DNA from: a virus
Reading direction: 5' to 3' (one strand)
Length of the DNA: 64,000 nucleotides
IMG/VR virus record: IMGVR_UViG_3300028654_000015
Span: 1-64,000 of that record
The notes under the pieces were generated by a model, which was not told the origin of the DNA, did not search any database, and saw only the letters and a program-made list of their open reading frames with translations. The translations under genes were made by a program, and so were the position numbers. Below are positions 29,291-39,479 of this stretch, piece by piece. Every line of letters starts with the position of its first letter. Position 1 is the stretch's first letter.

Positions 29291-29797
29291 ATGGGCAGAT
29301 ATATTGGGACATCACCTACATACGGAGCATTCGAAAAACAATTATTAATTCCTGATGGAGTTACAAATACTTTTCTATTGACATATCAAGTAGGAAGTGA
29401 AGGTTCACTTCTTGTTGTATATGGTGGTGTTGTACAAGAACCACAAGATTCATATTCTCTTGCTGGTGGTGGTACACACATTGAATTCTCATTTATACCA
29501 GATGTAGGGCAAGATCTATTCATTGTATATCTTGGTAAAGAACTACAAGTAGCACCTTCTGTTGGTGGAGGGGTAAATTTTGTAGATGAAGAACTTCCAA
29601 CAGGCGCAATTAATGGAATTAATATGGTATATACTACTGCCAACAATTTCATTACTACATCAGTAAAGATTTACTATAATGGATTAAGAATAAGTGCTCT
29701 TTTAAGTGATTTTACTATTACAGGTTCTAATCAGTTTACATTAAGTTTTGCTCCTCAAGTTGGAGATATCTTAGTAGTAGATTATAGAATCTCATAA
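29291..29797 (+). CDS. fibre adaptor with two beta-sandwich modules
   Basis: YIGTSP N-terminus; DGVTNTF.L..LLVVYGGVVQEP; E.PTGAINGIN. Confidence 0.65.
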   Translation: MGRYIGTSPTYGAFEKQLLIPDGVTNTFLLTYQVGSEGSLLVVYGGVVQEPQDSYSLAGGGTHIEFSFIPDVGQDLFIVYLGKELQVAPSVGGGVNFVDEELPTGAINGINMVYTTANNFITTSVKIYYNGLRISALLSDFTITGSNQFTLSFAPQVGDILVVDYRIS

Positions 29798-29889
29798 TTG
29801 ATTGGAAATAGTCTTATAATAAATACTCGTGAATAATAAAAAAATGATTAAAGTTGAAAAATGATAACTTTAAATAAGGGTTACTTTAC

Positions 29890-31212
29890 ATGTCAATAAT
29901 TCAAATTCGTGGTTCTCAGATTAAATCTGGTACCATTACTGATACACAAATATCTGCATCCGCTGCAATTGCCACAAGCAAATTAGCAGATGGTGCGATT
30001 TTCATCAAATCTGATGGATCTGTTGCATTTACAGCCGATCAGTCGATGGGTGGTAACAAACTAACAAATCTTGCTGCACCTATAAGTGCAAATGATGCTG
30101 CACGTCTTACAGACGTTCAAGCAGCCATTAATGGTCTTGATGTCAAACAATCAGTGAGAGTAAAAAGTACAGGTTCTAATATTGTATTAGCATCTGCTCT
30201 TATAAATGGTGCAACATTAGATGGTGTTACTCTTGCTACTGGTGATCGTGTTCTTTTAACAGATCAAACAACTGCAAGTGAAAATGGTATCTATATCGTT
30301 GCTGCTTCTGGTGCTGCATCTCGTTCTACTGATGCAAACGTAAGTTCAGAAGTTACTGCAAACATGTTTACATGGGTAGAAGAAGGTTCTGTATATTCTG
30401 ATACTGGTTGGGTTCTTATTACAAATAACCCTATCACATTAGGAACTACTGCTCTTTCATTCACACAGTTTTCTGGTTCAAGTGCGGTAACTGGTGCTGC
30501 TAACGTCGGAGCATCTGGTGTTGGTGTATATGATGGAATGGCTGGATCTACTTTAGATTTCAGAAAAATTCATTCGGCAAGTGGAAAAGTAACAGTAACA
30601 CTAAACAGTCAAATGATTGATCTTGATATTGGTGCTGGAACAATTGTCAATGTTGATATTTCTTCATCTGCTGCAATTGCTAGAAGCAAACTTGCTTCTG
30701 GTACTGCAAATTATGTTGTTATCAATGACGGTTCTGGTGTAATGTCAGAAGAACAACATCTTGCAATTAGTCGTGGTGGTACAAATAGCGGAACTGCTCT
30801 TAACAATAACAGAGTGATGATATCATCTTCTGGTGCTATTGTTGAACAGTCTGCAATTACAGCAAATCGTGCATTAGCATCCGATAGTAACGGATTACCT
30901 GTTGCATCAACTACTACTGATACTGAACTTGGATACGTACATGGTGTAACCAGTGCAATTCAAACACAACTTAATACCAAACTTGCCGCGAGCAATTTTG
31001 TAGTAAGAGAAGTACCAAGTGGTTCAATAAATGGTTCTAATACATCATTTACACTTGCTAATACTCCAACTTCTGGTACCGAAATGGTATTCTTGAATGG
31101 TCTACTTCAAGAATCTGGTGCTGGTAATGATTATACAATTTCAGGTGGAACAATAACATATTTGGCTGCACCTTCAACTGGTGACAGTTTGCTAGTGTCA
31201 TACATGAAATAA
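29890..31212 (+). CDS. tail fibre protein
   Basis: GLDVKQSVR..LDGVTLATGDRVLLTDQT..ENGIY fibre module; C-terminal EVPSGSINGSN module. Confidence 0.8.
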   Translation: MSIIQIRGSQIKSGTITDTQISASAAIATSKLADGAIFIKSDGSVAFTADQSMGGNKLTNLAAPISANDAARLTDVQAAINGLDVKQSVRVKSTGSNIVLASALINGATLDGVTLATGDRVLLTDQTTASENGIYIVAASGAASRSTDANVSSEVTANMFTWVEEGSVYSDTGWVLITNNPITLGTTALSFTQFSGSSAVTGAANVGASGVGVYDGMAGSTLDFRKIHSASGKVTVTLNSQMIDLDIGAGTIVNVDISSSAAIARSKLASGTANYVVINDGSGVMSEEQHLAISRGGTNSGTALNNNRVMISSSGAIVEQSAITANRALASDSNGLPVASTTTDTELGYVHGVTSAIQTQLNTKLAASNFVVREVPSGSINGSNTSFTLANTPTSGTEMVFLNGLLQESGAGNDYTISGGTITYLAAPSTGDSLLVSYMK

Positions 31213-31222
31213 ATAATTTCAT

Positions 31223-31253
31223 AACAGAGAGTGGAGAAATCCACTCTCTGTTT
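31223..31253 (+). terminator. stem-loop, probable intrinsic terminator
   Basis: AACAGAGAGTGGA-GAAA-TCCACTCTCTGTT perfect 13-bp stem, GNRA loop. Confidence 0.75.
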
Positions 31254-31289
31254 ATATCATGAACATAGTGTCTTTGACTTGGAATATAA

Positions 31290-34200
31290 ATGACGCAAAC
31301 TACAGTTACCGGCAAACAAATCAAAGACGATACCGTATATCGTGAAGATCTTAATACAGATCTTACCGGACATGCTCTCATAACAAAAGTAATTGCTGGA
31401 ACTGGAATCTCAATAACATATACTGGCGTCGATGCTGGTACTGGTGATGTTACTATAAATGCAACAGGAACTTCTGGTGTTACTACTATTGGGACCATAG
31501 ATTCCCAAACCAAAAGTGCTAACGGATTAGTTATATCTGGTGTTAATCTTTATGCACAATCAGCAGATGCTTCAAATCCTGGATTAATTACTATTTCTGC
31601 TCAAACTATTGCTGGAAATAAAACATTTACTGGTAATATAATTCTAACTAATAACGTAGCATTACAGATTAAAGATTCTGGTGGCACTGCTCAAACAATA
31701 TTAAATTATGATGGATCTAATGTTGTATCATTAAATAATGCAACATCTAGTGCAAAAATTCAGATTAAAGTTTCTAGTGGAGGAAGCACTGAATTTCTAT
31801 TAGCAGGTAATAGACAATGGTATATTGATTCTAGTGGTCAATTACAAATTGATGCTTCGAATCCTGGTGGTAATTTAGTATTGAATACTGCTACTAGAGG
31901 TATTGTTATTGGTAATAGTACTGCTTCATCTTTTGGTACAAATACAGCAACAACTATTTTCAGAGATCCTTCAAGTGGTACTCATATTGGACTTGGTAAC
32001 TTTGGTGTTCATGCACAACCAGCATCTTTGAAAGTTATTAAAGATAGAAGTTCTTCTTGGGCAGGTGGTACTGCATCACTTGCAAATGATGAAATATTTA
32101 GAATTGATACACGTGGATGTGATAATAATGCAACCTATAGAGAAGCAGCAAGAATTGCATTTTTTGCAGATGCTAATGCTTTAACTTCATCAGTTCCAGG
32201 AAGAATTGAATTGTATACTACATCATCTAGTGGAGGAAATCCAGTTAGAAGATGGTATGTTGATTCATCTGGTATATTGCAACAAGATAGTTCAAATGGT
32301 GGAGATATTGCTTTTAATAAATCTGGTGGCGCATTAATAAATTTTACGACTACTGCATTATCGGGAACAGGTACAACACAATCTGGTGCAACTGCCCTAG
32401 CATATGGATTCGATGAAATTACTACAATAACTGGTGGTAGTGCTGAAGCATTTGTATTACCAACTGCGGTTGCTGGTAAAGAAGTAAGAGTCTGGAATAG
32501 ACATGCTACTGCTACTGCAAAAATATTTCCTGCATCGGGTGCTGCAATTGATGGTTTAGGATCAAATGCAGTATATTCTTTGGGACCAAATAATTGTGTA
32601 TCTTTCAATGCAAAATCTTCTACACAATGGTATACATTCGGACTTGAAGCATCTGTTGGTGGTATGGTATCTGGTATAGGTACTATTGATACTCAAACAA
32701 AAAGTTCTGATGGTTTAGTAATCTCTGGTGTAAATTTATACGCACAAACTGCTGATGCAACACATCCAGGGATGGTTAGTACTGTAGCACAAACATTTAC
32801 TGGAGGAAAAACAGTAGTAGGAGTTGCTACTGGTACTCAAGATCTTTTTATTGGTAAATCTTTCGCAGACAATGCTGGTGATGCACCTTGTCATACTTTG
32901 ACAACTGGAGGAGGAACAGTATTAGCAAGATTTGGGGGACAAAATTCAAACACCCCAACTGCATTCGTTACTTCTGCTGTAGGTTTAGGACTTATCGCTG
33001 GTAATGCTGCGGTTCCTTCGACTAGTAGTTCTTCGCAAATATATATTACAAGTAGTAATATAGCATTTCAAACAAATGTTTCTGCTAATGGTACCTTTAC
33101 ATTTGCGAATGCAGTCAATCTACAATGGAAAACATCCGGAGGAACTGCAACTAATATACTAAGTCTAGATGGTTCGAATAATGTATTTTTGAATGCACCA
33201 ACTGGACAAGAAATAGATTTCAAAATTGCTACAAACAGAGTTTGGTATATTGATTCATCTGGTAATAAAATACAAGATGGAACCAATGGTGGCGCATTAA
33301 TATTCAATAAGTCTAGCGGAATCATTCGACAGGGTACTGCTTCTAGTGCAGATAACAATTATATCTCTTTGAATGGTGGTGGTGCTGATAGTGATAATAC
33401 TAGAGGGGCATTCGTATTAGCATACGGTAATAATAACGGAAATACTGGATCATTATTACTACAAACTGGAAATGCAAGTGGAGCAGCACTTAGATTATAT
33501 GCAAATGCATCAGCCGGCCAAATATTCTTCTATACTGGTGGAGGAACATTAAGATGGCGCATAAATGATGCAGGCCAAATATTTCAAGATAGTTCTAATG
33601 GTGGTGATGTTGTATTTAATATTTCCAATGGAATTATTAGACAAGGCACATCATCTAGTTCAGATACAAATACAATTTATATCTACCCTTCAGGCCAAGG
33701 TGGAGGAGGTAATACTTCAAGAGCACCTTATATCTATCTAGCAGGAAATCAAGGAACAGATACAGGACAATTACAATTATGGGCAGGAAATGTTTCTGGT
33801 AGCAAAGCCATATTAGGAACTGTTGGTAGTCAAAATGTAGAATTATGGACGAACAATGCACGTAGATGGTTTGTTGATAGTTCTGGAAATTTTGTTATAA
33901 ATTCTAATTCTGGTGCCAATATTGGTACTGCTTCACTTCATGTAAATGATATATTTGCTTATAACATTGGAGTTGGAGCAAGTGATTCTACTTCTCTAGG
34001 TTTTTATACTAATGGAGTAACTAGATGGAATATTAACTCTAGTGGAAATCTACTACCATCATCAAATAGTTCTTATAATATTGGTAGTGCAACATTGCAT
34101 GTAAATGATATATTTGCTTATAACATTGGAGTTGGAGCAAGTGATTCTACTTCTCTAGGTTTTTATACTAATGGTTTAAATAGATGGAGCGTAGATACAT

Positions 34201-35174
34201 CTGGAAATCTCACCCAAGATGGTTCACATGGTGCAGATTTTGTATTAAATAAATCTGCTGGAATAATAAGACAAGGTACCTCTTCTGGTTCTGATAATGC
34301 TGTTAATCAATTTACTGGTGGCGGGGCAGCAAATGATAATACTCGTGGAGGTTTCATAAATCTCTATGGACACAATCACGCGACACATCCTGGACAAGTA
34401 GATATATCAACAAGTAATAGTGCATCTGCTGCAATAAACTTACTAGCCCCAGGAACTAGTGGCAGTATAACATTCAGTATTAATGGTACACAAAAATGGC
34501 AAGTTAGTTCTGGTGGTTCATTTACACCAATATCAAATAATAGCGTAAACTTTGGTACTTCTTCTATACATACTCAAAATATGTATACTTATGCAGTAGG
34601 AACAGGAGATAGTACTGCTCTGAATCTCATAACAAATAATACAACAAGATGGACTCTAGATACTGCTGGGAAAGTAATTACAAGGGCAGGTCTTGCTTCT
34701 TCTATGCAAGGAAGAGGAATGAGTATTATTAATCATAATACGACTGAAACTGGTAATACTGCTGCAACAGAAACAACCCTATTTACTTTCAGTGTACCAG
34801 CGAACACTTTAGGAACTGACGGAGATTCTTTAAGATTTATGGTAGCAGGAACTTTTGCTACAAGTGTTAGTACAAATAAAGATATAAAAGTTAAATTTGG
34901 TAGTACCACAATTTTAGATACTGGTTCATTGGCTATAACTTCTGCTGCAAATTGGATCATAGAAGGAAGAATTATTAGAACTGGTGGAACAGGACAAAAA
35001 TGTATAGTTAGAATTTCGACTTCTTCTAGTGTTTTAGTAGGTACTGTTAGTTATACTTTATCATCAGAAACATTATCTGGAGCATTATCTCTTGCTGTAA
35101 CTGGTAATGGGACAAATGCTAATGATGTATTAGGTGAAATGTATCAACTTGAATGGTTAGGTTCATCGACATAA
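31290..35174 (+). CDS. long tail fibre/receptor-binding protein with internal repeats
   Basis: Gly/Ser/Thr-rich; repeated RW(Y/F)(I/V)DSSG modules; AQTIAGNKTF fibre motif. Confidence 0.8.
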   Translation: MTQTTVTGKQIKDDTVYREDLNTDLTGHALITKVIAGTGISITYTGVDAGTGDVTINATGTSGVTTIGTIDSQTKSANGLVISGVNLYAQSADASNPGLITISAQTIAGNKTFTGNIILTNNVALQIKDSGGTAQTILNYDGSNVVSLNNATSSAKIQIKVSSGGSTEFLLAGNRQWYIDSSGQLQIDASNPGGNLVLNTATRGIVIGNSTASSFGTNTATTIFRDPSSGTHIGLGNFGVHAQPASLKVIKDRSSSWAGGTASLANDEIFRIDTRGCDNNATYREAARIAFFADANALTSSVPGRIELYTTSSSGGNPVRRWYVDSSGILQQDSSNGGDIAFNKSGGALINFTTTALSGTGTTQSGATALAYGFDEITTITGGSAEAFVLPTAVAGKEVRVWNRHATATAKIFPASGAAIDGLGSNAVYSLGPNNCVSFNAKSSTQWYTFGLEASVGGMVSGIGTIDTQTKSSDGLVISGVNLYAQTADATHPGMVSTVAQTFTGGKTVVGVATGTQDLFIGKSFADNAGDAPCHTLTTGGGTVLARFGGQNSNTPTAFVTSAVGLGLIAGNAAVPSTSSSSQIYITSSNIAFQTNVSANGTFTFANAVNLQWKTSGGTATNILSLDGSNNVFLNAPTGQEIDFKIATNRVWYIDSSGNKIQDGTNGGALIFNKSSGIIRQGTASSADNNYISLNGGGADSDNTRGAFVLAYGNNNGNTGSLLLQTGNASGAALRLYANASAGQIFFYTGGGTLRWRINDAGQIFQDSSNGGDVVFNISNGIIRQGTSSSSDTNTIYIYPSGQGGGGNTSRAPYIYLAGNQGTDTGQLQLWAGNVSGSKAILGTVGSQNVELWTNNARRWFVDSSGNFVINSNSGANIGTASLHVNDIFAYNIGVGASDSTSLGFYTNGVTRWNINSSGNLLPSSNSSYNIGSATLHVNDIFAYNIGVGASDSTSLGFYTNGLNRWSVDTSGNLTQDGSHGADFVLNKSAGIIRQGTSSGSDNAVNQFTGGGAANDNTRGGFINLYGHNHATHPGQVDISTSNSASAAINLLAPGTSGSITFSINGTQKWQVSSGGSFTPISNNSVNFGTSSIHTQNMYTYAVGTGDSTALNLITNNTTRWTLDTAGKVITRAGLASSMQGRGMSIINHNTTETGNTAATETTLFTFSVPANTLGTDGDSLRFMVAGTFATSVSTNKDIKVKFGSTTILDTGSLAITSAANWIIEGRIIRTGGTGQKCIVRISTSSSVLVGTVSYTLSSETLSGALSLAVTGNGTNANDVLGEMYQLEWLGSST
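33939..34174 (+). repeat. 77-nt exact direct repeat (33939-34015 and 34098-34174)
   Basis: catgtaaatgatatatttgc...tttttatactaatgg occurs twice, offset 159 nt. Confidence 0.9.
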
Positions 35175-35196
35175 AATATAATAAATATAGGAATAT

Positions 35197-35418
35197 ATGA
35201 CACAAATAACAATTCCACTAAAAGATGATGCTCTACAAACAGAAATAGAAGCAGCATTTGCAGATTCATATTCCAATCCTGATTCTTTATCTGCTTCTGA
35301 TTTAGTAGCATTAAATATTTCAAATTATGTTCGCCAAATATTAAACAACTATAGACAAAAAGTAGCAGTCCAAAGTGCTCTAAATGGTGTGGTTGTAGCA
35401 GATTCATTGACTGAATAA
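35197..35418 (+). CDS. small fibre-associated protein
   Basis: follows fibre gene; AATAAATA and AGGA upstream. Confidence 0.55.
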   Translation: MTQITIPLKDDALQTEIEAAFADSYSNPDSLSASDLVALNISNYVRQILNNYRQKVAVQSALNGVVVADSLTE

Positions 35419-35477
35419 TAAAGACCTCAAAAGCCAAGTTAATAAATAATCTTGAAAGAATAATTTGAGGTAATAAT

Positions 35478-35723
35478 ATGCCTGTTTCAACTGCAAGATT
35501 ATCATATGCGATACCAAGTTTTAGCGATTCTGTAGATCTAACACAGCATGTTCTTGGCATTTATGTTGGAACTGGTGGAAATCTAAAAGTGACATTACTA
35601 AAAGATGTCGATGGGACATCAGTTTTGTTAAAAAACATACCAAATGGTACCTTTTTAGATATTGGGGTTAAGCGTATCTGGTTGACAGGTAGTACTGCTT
35701 CTGACGTGGTTGGCTTTTTATAA
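35478..35723 (+). CDS. head-spike base protein-like (RcGTA Rcc01079 family)
   Basis: SDSVDL..IYVGTGGNLKV..NIPNGTFL.I.VKRIW.TG.TA pattern. Confidence 0.7.
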   Translation: MPVSTARLSYAIPSFSDSVDLTQHVLGIYVGTGGNLKVTLLKDVDGTSVLLKNIPNGTFLDIGVKRIWLTGSTASDVVGFL

Positions 35724-35732
35724 TTCTTATAT

Positions 35733-36206
35733 TTGTTTATGTTCAGTAAACTTTTAGGATTACTAAATCGCGCACGAGAGGTATTCGAATTGCAAGATAT
35801 TAAAGCACTATTATTGAAACTATCAATTTTACTTTTAGGTATCTTTGCGCCTTTGCATCAAATATTAATAAGTCTTTTATTTCTTGTTCTATTAGATTTT
35901 ATAACTGGTATTCTTGCTGCAATTAAAAAGAAACAGAAAATAACAAGTTCTAGACTTTCAAGAACTATTTCAAAATTATTAGTATATTGTACGACTGTTG
36001 GTGCAGTACATATAACAAATTCAATGTTGTTATTTGGTGAGAATTTTTTACCACTAGAATCTTTTGTTGTAGGTTTTATAGCAGTTACAGAATTGAAATC
36101 TATATTTGAAAATCTTAATAGAATTAGTAGACAACCATTTCTATCTGATTTGATCGGTAAATTATCAAATGAAGGTAGAAAAAAGAAAAAAGATAGGAAA
36201 AGATAA
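35733..36206 (+). CDS. phage holin (holin family 4-like)
   Basis: LDFITGILAA.K..ITSSRL.RT..K, E..SIFENL; TM helices and basic tail. Confidence 0.8.
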   Translation: MFMFSKLLGLLNRAREVFELQDIKALLLKLSILLLGIFAPLHQILISLLFLVLLDFITGILAAIKKKQKITSSRLSRTISKLLVYCTTVGAVHITNSMLLFGENFLPLESFVVGFIAVTELKSIFENLNRISRQPFLSDLIGKLSNEGRKKKKDRKR

Positions 36207-37199
36207 ATGTCAGGTCTTCCTCAAACTAGAGATGATTTAATTAATTGGTGTCTAAGAGAATTAGGTGCACCAGTTCTGCAAATTAATATTGACGATCAAC
36301 AAATTCAAGATCGTATCGATGAAGGTTTATCTTATTTCCATGATTATCATTTTGATGGTGTAGAACACATATACGTTCCACATAAATTAACTGCATCTAC
36401 TTTAACATTTGCAGCCGCATTACCAGCAGTACCGAATTCATTTAAAACTGGTGAAATAATAGTAGGACAAACTTCTGGTGCAACTGGTACATTTTATGAT
36501 CAACCAGTAGCAGGTGCAAATATGTATATTCGCTTTCGATATGCATTAAACTCTGTACAATTTCAAGATGGTGAAACTATAGTAGGAATGACAAGTACAT
36601 TTAGTGCTGTATTAGCAGCAACTAATTCTATAGTATTAGGTGATCTTGATAATGAGTATATTACTATGCCAAGTAATGTTATATCACTTTTCAATTTAGT
36701 TTCTTTTAATACTAGTCCATCTAATAGTTCTGGTATGTTTGATGTAAGATATCAATTTGCATTGAATGATATGTATAATCTTCTTCAAACAGATGTGATT
36801 TCATATGTAATGTTCAAAGAAAGTATTTCTCTTTGGCAATTCATTTTTAATGGTGAAAAAAATATTAGATATAATAGAATTAGTAATAAAGTACGTCTAG
36901 ATGTAGATTGGCAAAATGCAATGTCACCAGATATGTATATTCTATTTGAAGGATGGGGAACTATAGATCCTGAAGCATATCCTGGTGTATATAAGAATCT
37001 TTTTGTTCGTAAATATTGTACTGCACTATTAAAAAGACAATGGGGAACTAATCTTAAGAAACTTGCAAATGTACCATTACTAAATGGTATATTGTTAAAT
37101 GGTCAAAAAATATATGATGAAGCAAATCAAGAAATAGAAACATTAGAAAAAAGAATTGATCGTGAATGGCAGTTGCCTCCAACTATGTTGGTAATGTAG
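36207..37199 (+). CDS. gp13: neck protein gp13
   Basis: CLRELGAPVLQINIDDQQ, YHFDGVE, KRQWGTNL.K, LNGQKIYDEA. Confidence 0.95.
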   Translation: MSGLPQTRDDLINWCLRELGAPVLQINIDDQQIQDRIDEGLSYFHDYHFDGVEHIYVPHKLTASTLTFAAALPAVPNSFKTGEIIVGQTSGATGTFYDQPVAGANMYIRFRYALNSVQFQDGETIVGMTSTFSAVLAATNSIVLGDLDNEYITMPSNVISLFNLVSFNTSPSNSSGMFDVRYQFALNDMYNLLQTDVISYVMFKESISLWQFIFNGEKNIRYNRISNKVRLDVDWQNAMSPDMYILFEGWGTIDPEAYPGVYKNLFVRKYCTALLKRQWGTNLKKLANVPLLNGILLNGQKIYDEANQEIETLEKRIDREWQLPPTMLVM

Positions 37200-37277
37200 G
37201 GCAATCTCCATTATTTTATTATGTTTCCAACCCTACCTAAATATGTATAAGGTAGTAAAATCTTAGGAACAATATAA

Positions 37278-38144
37278 GTGACCACAAATCGATATCTAAA
37301 CTTATATCAGCAAACATCAGAACAAAATCTAGTAGAAGATATTTTGATTGAATCCATAAAAATGTGGGGAATCGATACCTATTATCTTCCAAGAGCACTT
37401 CAAAAAGAAGACCTTATATATGGCGAAGATGTTGTTTCTAAATTTAAAGATTATTTTACTATAGAAGTTTATATTAAAAATGTTGATGGATTTCAAGGTA
37501 AAGGAGATCTCTTCAGAAAATTTGGTCTAGAAATTCAAGATCAAGCGACATTAATAATTTCTAGAAGAAGATTTAATGAAGAGTGTGCACAAGACATTGA
37601 TCCTCCTCGTCCTAGAGAAGGAGACTTAATGTTTTTTCCATTGAACGGTGCTTTAATGGAAATCAAATTTGTTAGTAATGAAAAAATGGCATTCTATCCA
37701 TTAGGTGAGTGGTATACATATCAAATTGATATACAACAATTTAACTATTCGCACGAAGATATAGTTACTGGTATACCAGAAATAGATCAAGTACAGCCAG
37801 ATTATACATATCAAATTGATTTGACTTTAGGTGTTGGTTCTGGTGTGTATCAAGTAAACGAAGAGATATATCAAGGTACTTCTCTTGGTGCTGCTACTGC
37901 AAAAGCAATTGTTATAAACCACGACACTCTTTCTAATAAACTTAGAATTAGAGATATAGTAGGCTCTTTTGCAGATGCTATTAATGTTATAGGTAATACT
38001 AGTGCTGCATCTTACGCAATTAGTGTAGTAGATCCTACAGATATATTAGCAGATGCTAGTGCTACAAATAAACCAGCAGAAGTTGAAGCATTAACTATCT
38101 TAGATACTAGTGAATATAACCCATTTTCAAATTCAAACGAGTAA
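37278..38144 (+). CDS. gp14: neck protein gp14
   Basis: EQNLVEDILIESIK..G...YYLPR, KFGLEIQD, RPREGDL. Confidence 0.95.
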   Translation: MTTNRYLNLYQQTSEQNLVEDILIESIKMWGIDTYYLPRALQKEDLIYGEDVVSKFKDYFTIEVYIKNVDGFQGKGDLFRKFGLEIQDQATLIISRRRFNEECAQDIDPPRPREGDLMFFPLNGALMEIKFVSNEKMAFYPLGEWYTYQIDIQQFNYSHEDIVTGIPEIDQVQPDYTYQIDLTLGVGSGVYQVNEEIYQGTSLGAATAKAIVINHDTLSNKLRIRDIVGSFADAINVIGNTSAASYAISVVDPTDILADASATNKPAEVEALTILDTSEYNPFSNSNE

Positions 38145-38147
38145 GTT

Positions 38148-38978
38148 ATGTTTGGTGTGCCATTTGATAATAAAACTCTGAGAACAATAGTTGTTGCATT
38201 TGAAAATATGTTTTCAAACATAATTATTTTGCGTACTGATTCTGGCGGAAATGAAATAAAAAGATTAGCAGTTCCAATTACTCATGGTCCTAGAGATAGA
38301 TATTTGGTTAGATTAAAAGATGACCCTACTTTACAAAGACCTATTGATTTGGTTTTACCAAGAATGTCATATCAAGTAGAAAGTATTGAATATGATGGCA
38401 AAAGAAAACTCAATACTATGGGTAAAAATTTCAAATCAATCTCTGGTGATAATTCACAACTACTAAGAGAATATAATCCAGTACCATATAATATAAATTT
38501 TTCGTTATCTATTATTTCAAAAACAGAAGAAGATGGAAATCAAATATTAGGACAAATATTACCATTTTTTACTCCAGATTATACTATAACTATAATGAGC
38601 ATTCCTCAGGTAGGGCTGAAAGATGATATTCCATATGTGTTAAAAGGTGTAGCACTATCTGATAATTTTGATGATGAATGGCAAACAAGAAGAGATATTA
38701 TCTGGACTCTTGCATTCACTGCTAAAGCATATTTCTATGGTCCAGTTAGTAAAGATCCAGTCATTACAAAAACTCAGGAAGATTATCTTGCAACTGGTGG
38801 TGATATAAATGATCCAGCAGTTAGAGCAAAAACTCCCAGAGTGTTTAGAATTACTACAGAACCAAATCCATTGGATGCTGCACCAGATAGTGATTATACT
38901 ATTACAGAAACAAAACAAGCCTTTGATGATGGCAAAAAATTCAATCCAGAAACCCTGGAAGATGAAGATATTACATAA
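38148..38978 (+). CDS. gp15: tail sheath terminator gp15
   Basis: VPITHGPR, LPRMSY, PVPYNINF.L, QILPFFTP. Confidence 0.95.
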   Translation: MFGVPFDNKTLRTIVVAFENMFSNIIILRTDSGGNEIKRLAVPITHGPRDRYLVRLKDDPTLQRPIDLVLPRMSYQVESIEYDGKRKLNTMGKNFKSISGDNSQLLREYNPVPYNINFSLSIISKTEEDGNQILGQILPFFTPDYTITIMSIPQVGLKDDIPYVLKGVALSDNFDDEWQTRRDIIWTLAFTAKAYFYGPVSKDPVITKTQEDYLATGGDINDPAVRAKTPRVFRITTEPNPLDAAPDSDYTITETKQAFDDGKKFNPETLEDEDIT

Positions 38979-38990
38979 TAGTGAAATTAT

Positions 38991-39479
38991 ATGAATGATA
39001 TTATAAAAAAGATTGAAGAAAGTAATCCCCTAATTGCAACAGAGAGTGATTTTCGTACTGTTGGCGTTTCTGTACAAAGAATTACAGATCAACCAAAAGT
39101 GTCAGCAAAAGTTGAAAGTAATTTGCCAGCAGTTGCGCCAAAAAAAGAAACAATTGCTGATGAGAGACAAATAGATTTTGAACAAATTAGAGATAATTTA
39201 TATGCAAATATGAAAATCTCGAAAGAAGCATTGGAACATCTTCTTCAAATTGCTCAAAGTAGTCAACATCCAAGAGCATATGAAGTATTAGCATTGTTAT
39301 TAAAAACTAGTACAGATCTTAATAGAGATTTGATGAAAATACATAGTGAAAAGCATGGAATTGAAAACAACAAACACAATAAAAATACACCACAAGGACC
39401 AGTAACAAATAATAATTTATTTGTTGGTACTGCTGATCAATTGGATGAATTTCTTGCTCAAATAATTAAAAAAGACTAA
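38991..39479 (+). CDS. gp16: terminase small subunit
   Basis: HPRAYEV, TNNNLFVGT. Confidence 0.9.
   Translation: MNDIIKKIEESNPLIATESDFRTVGVSVQRITDQPKVSAKVESNLPAVAPKKETIADERQIDFEQIRDNLYANMKISKEALEHLLQIAQSSQHPRAYEVLALLLKTSTDLNRDLMKIHSEKHGIENNKHNKNTPQGPVTNNNLFVGTADQLDEFLAQIIKKD

Noticed and set aside
33939-34174. DGR TR/VR pair in the tail fibre
   Set aside because: The two copies are identical, both lie mid-gene, and no RT is present.
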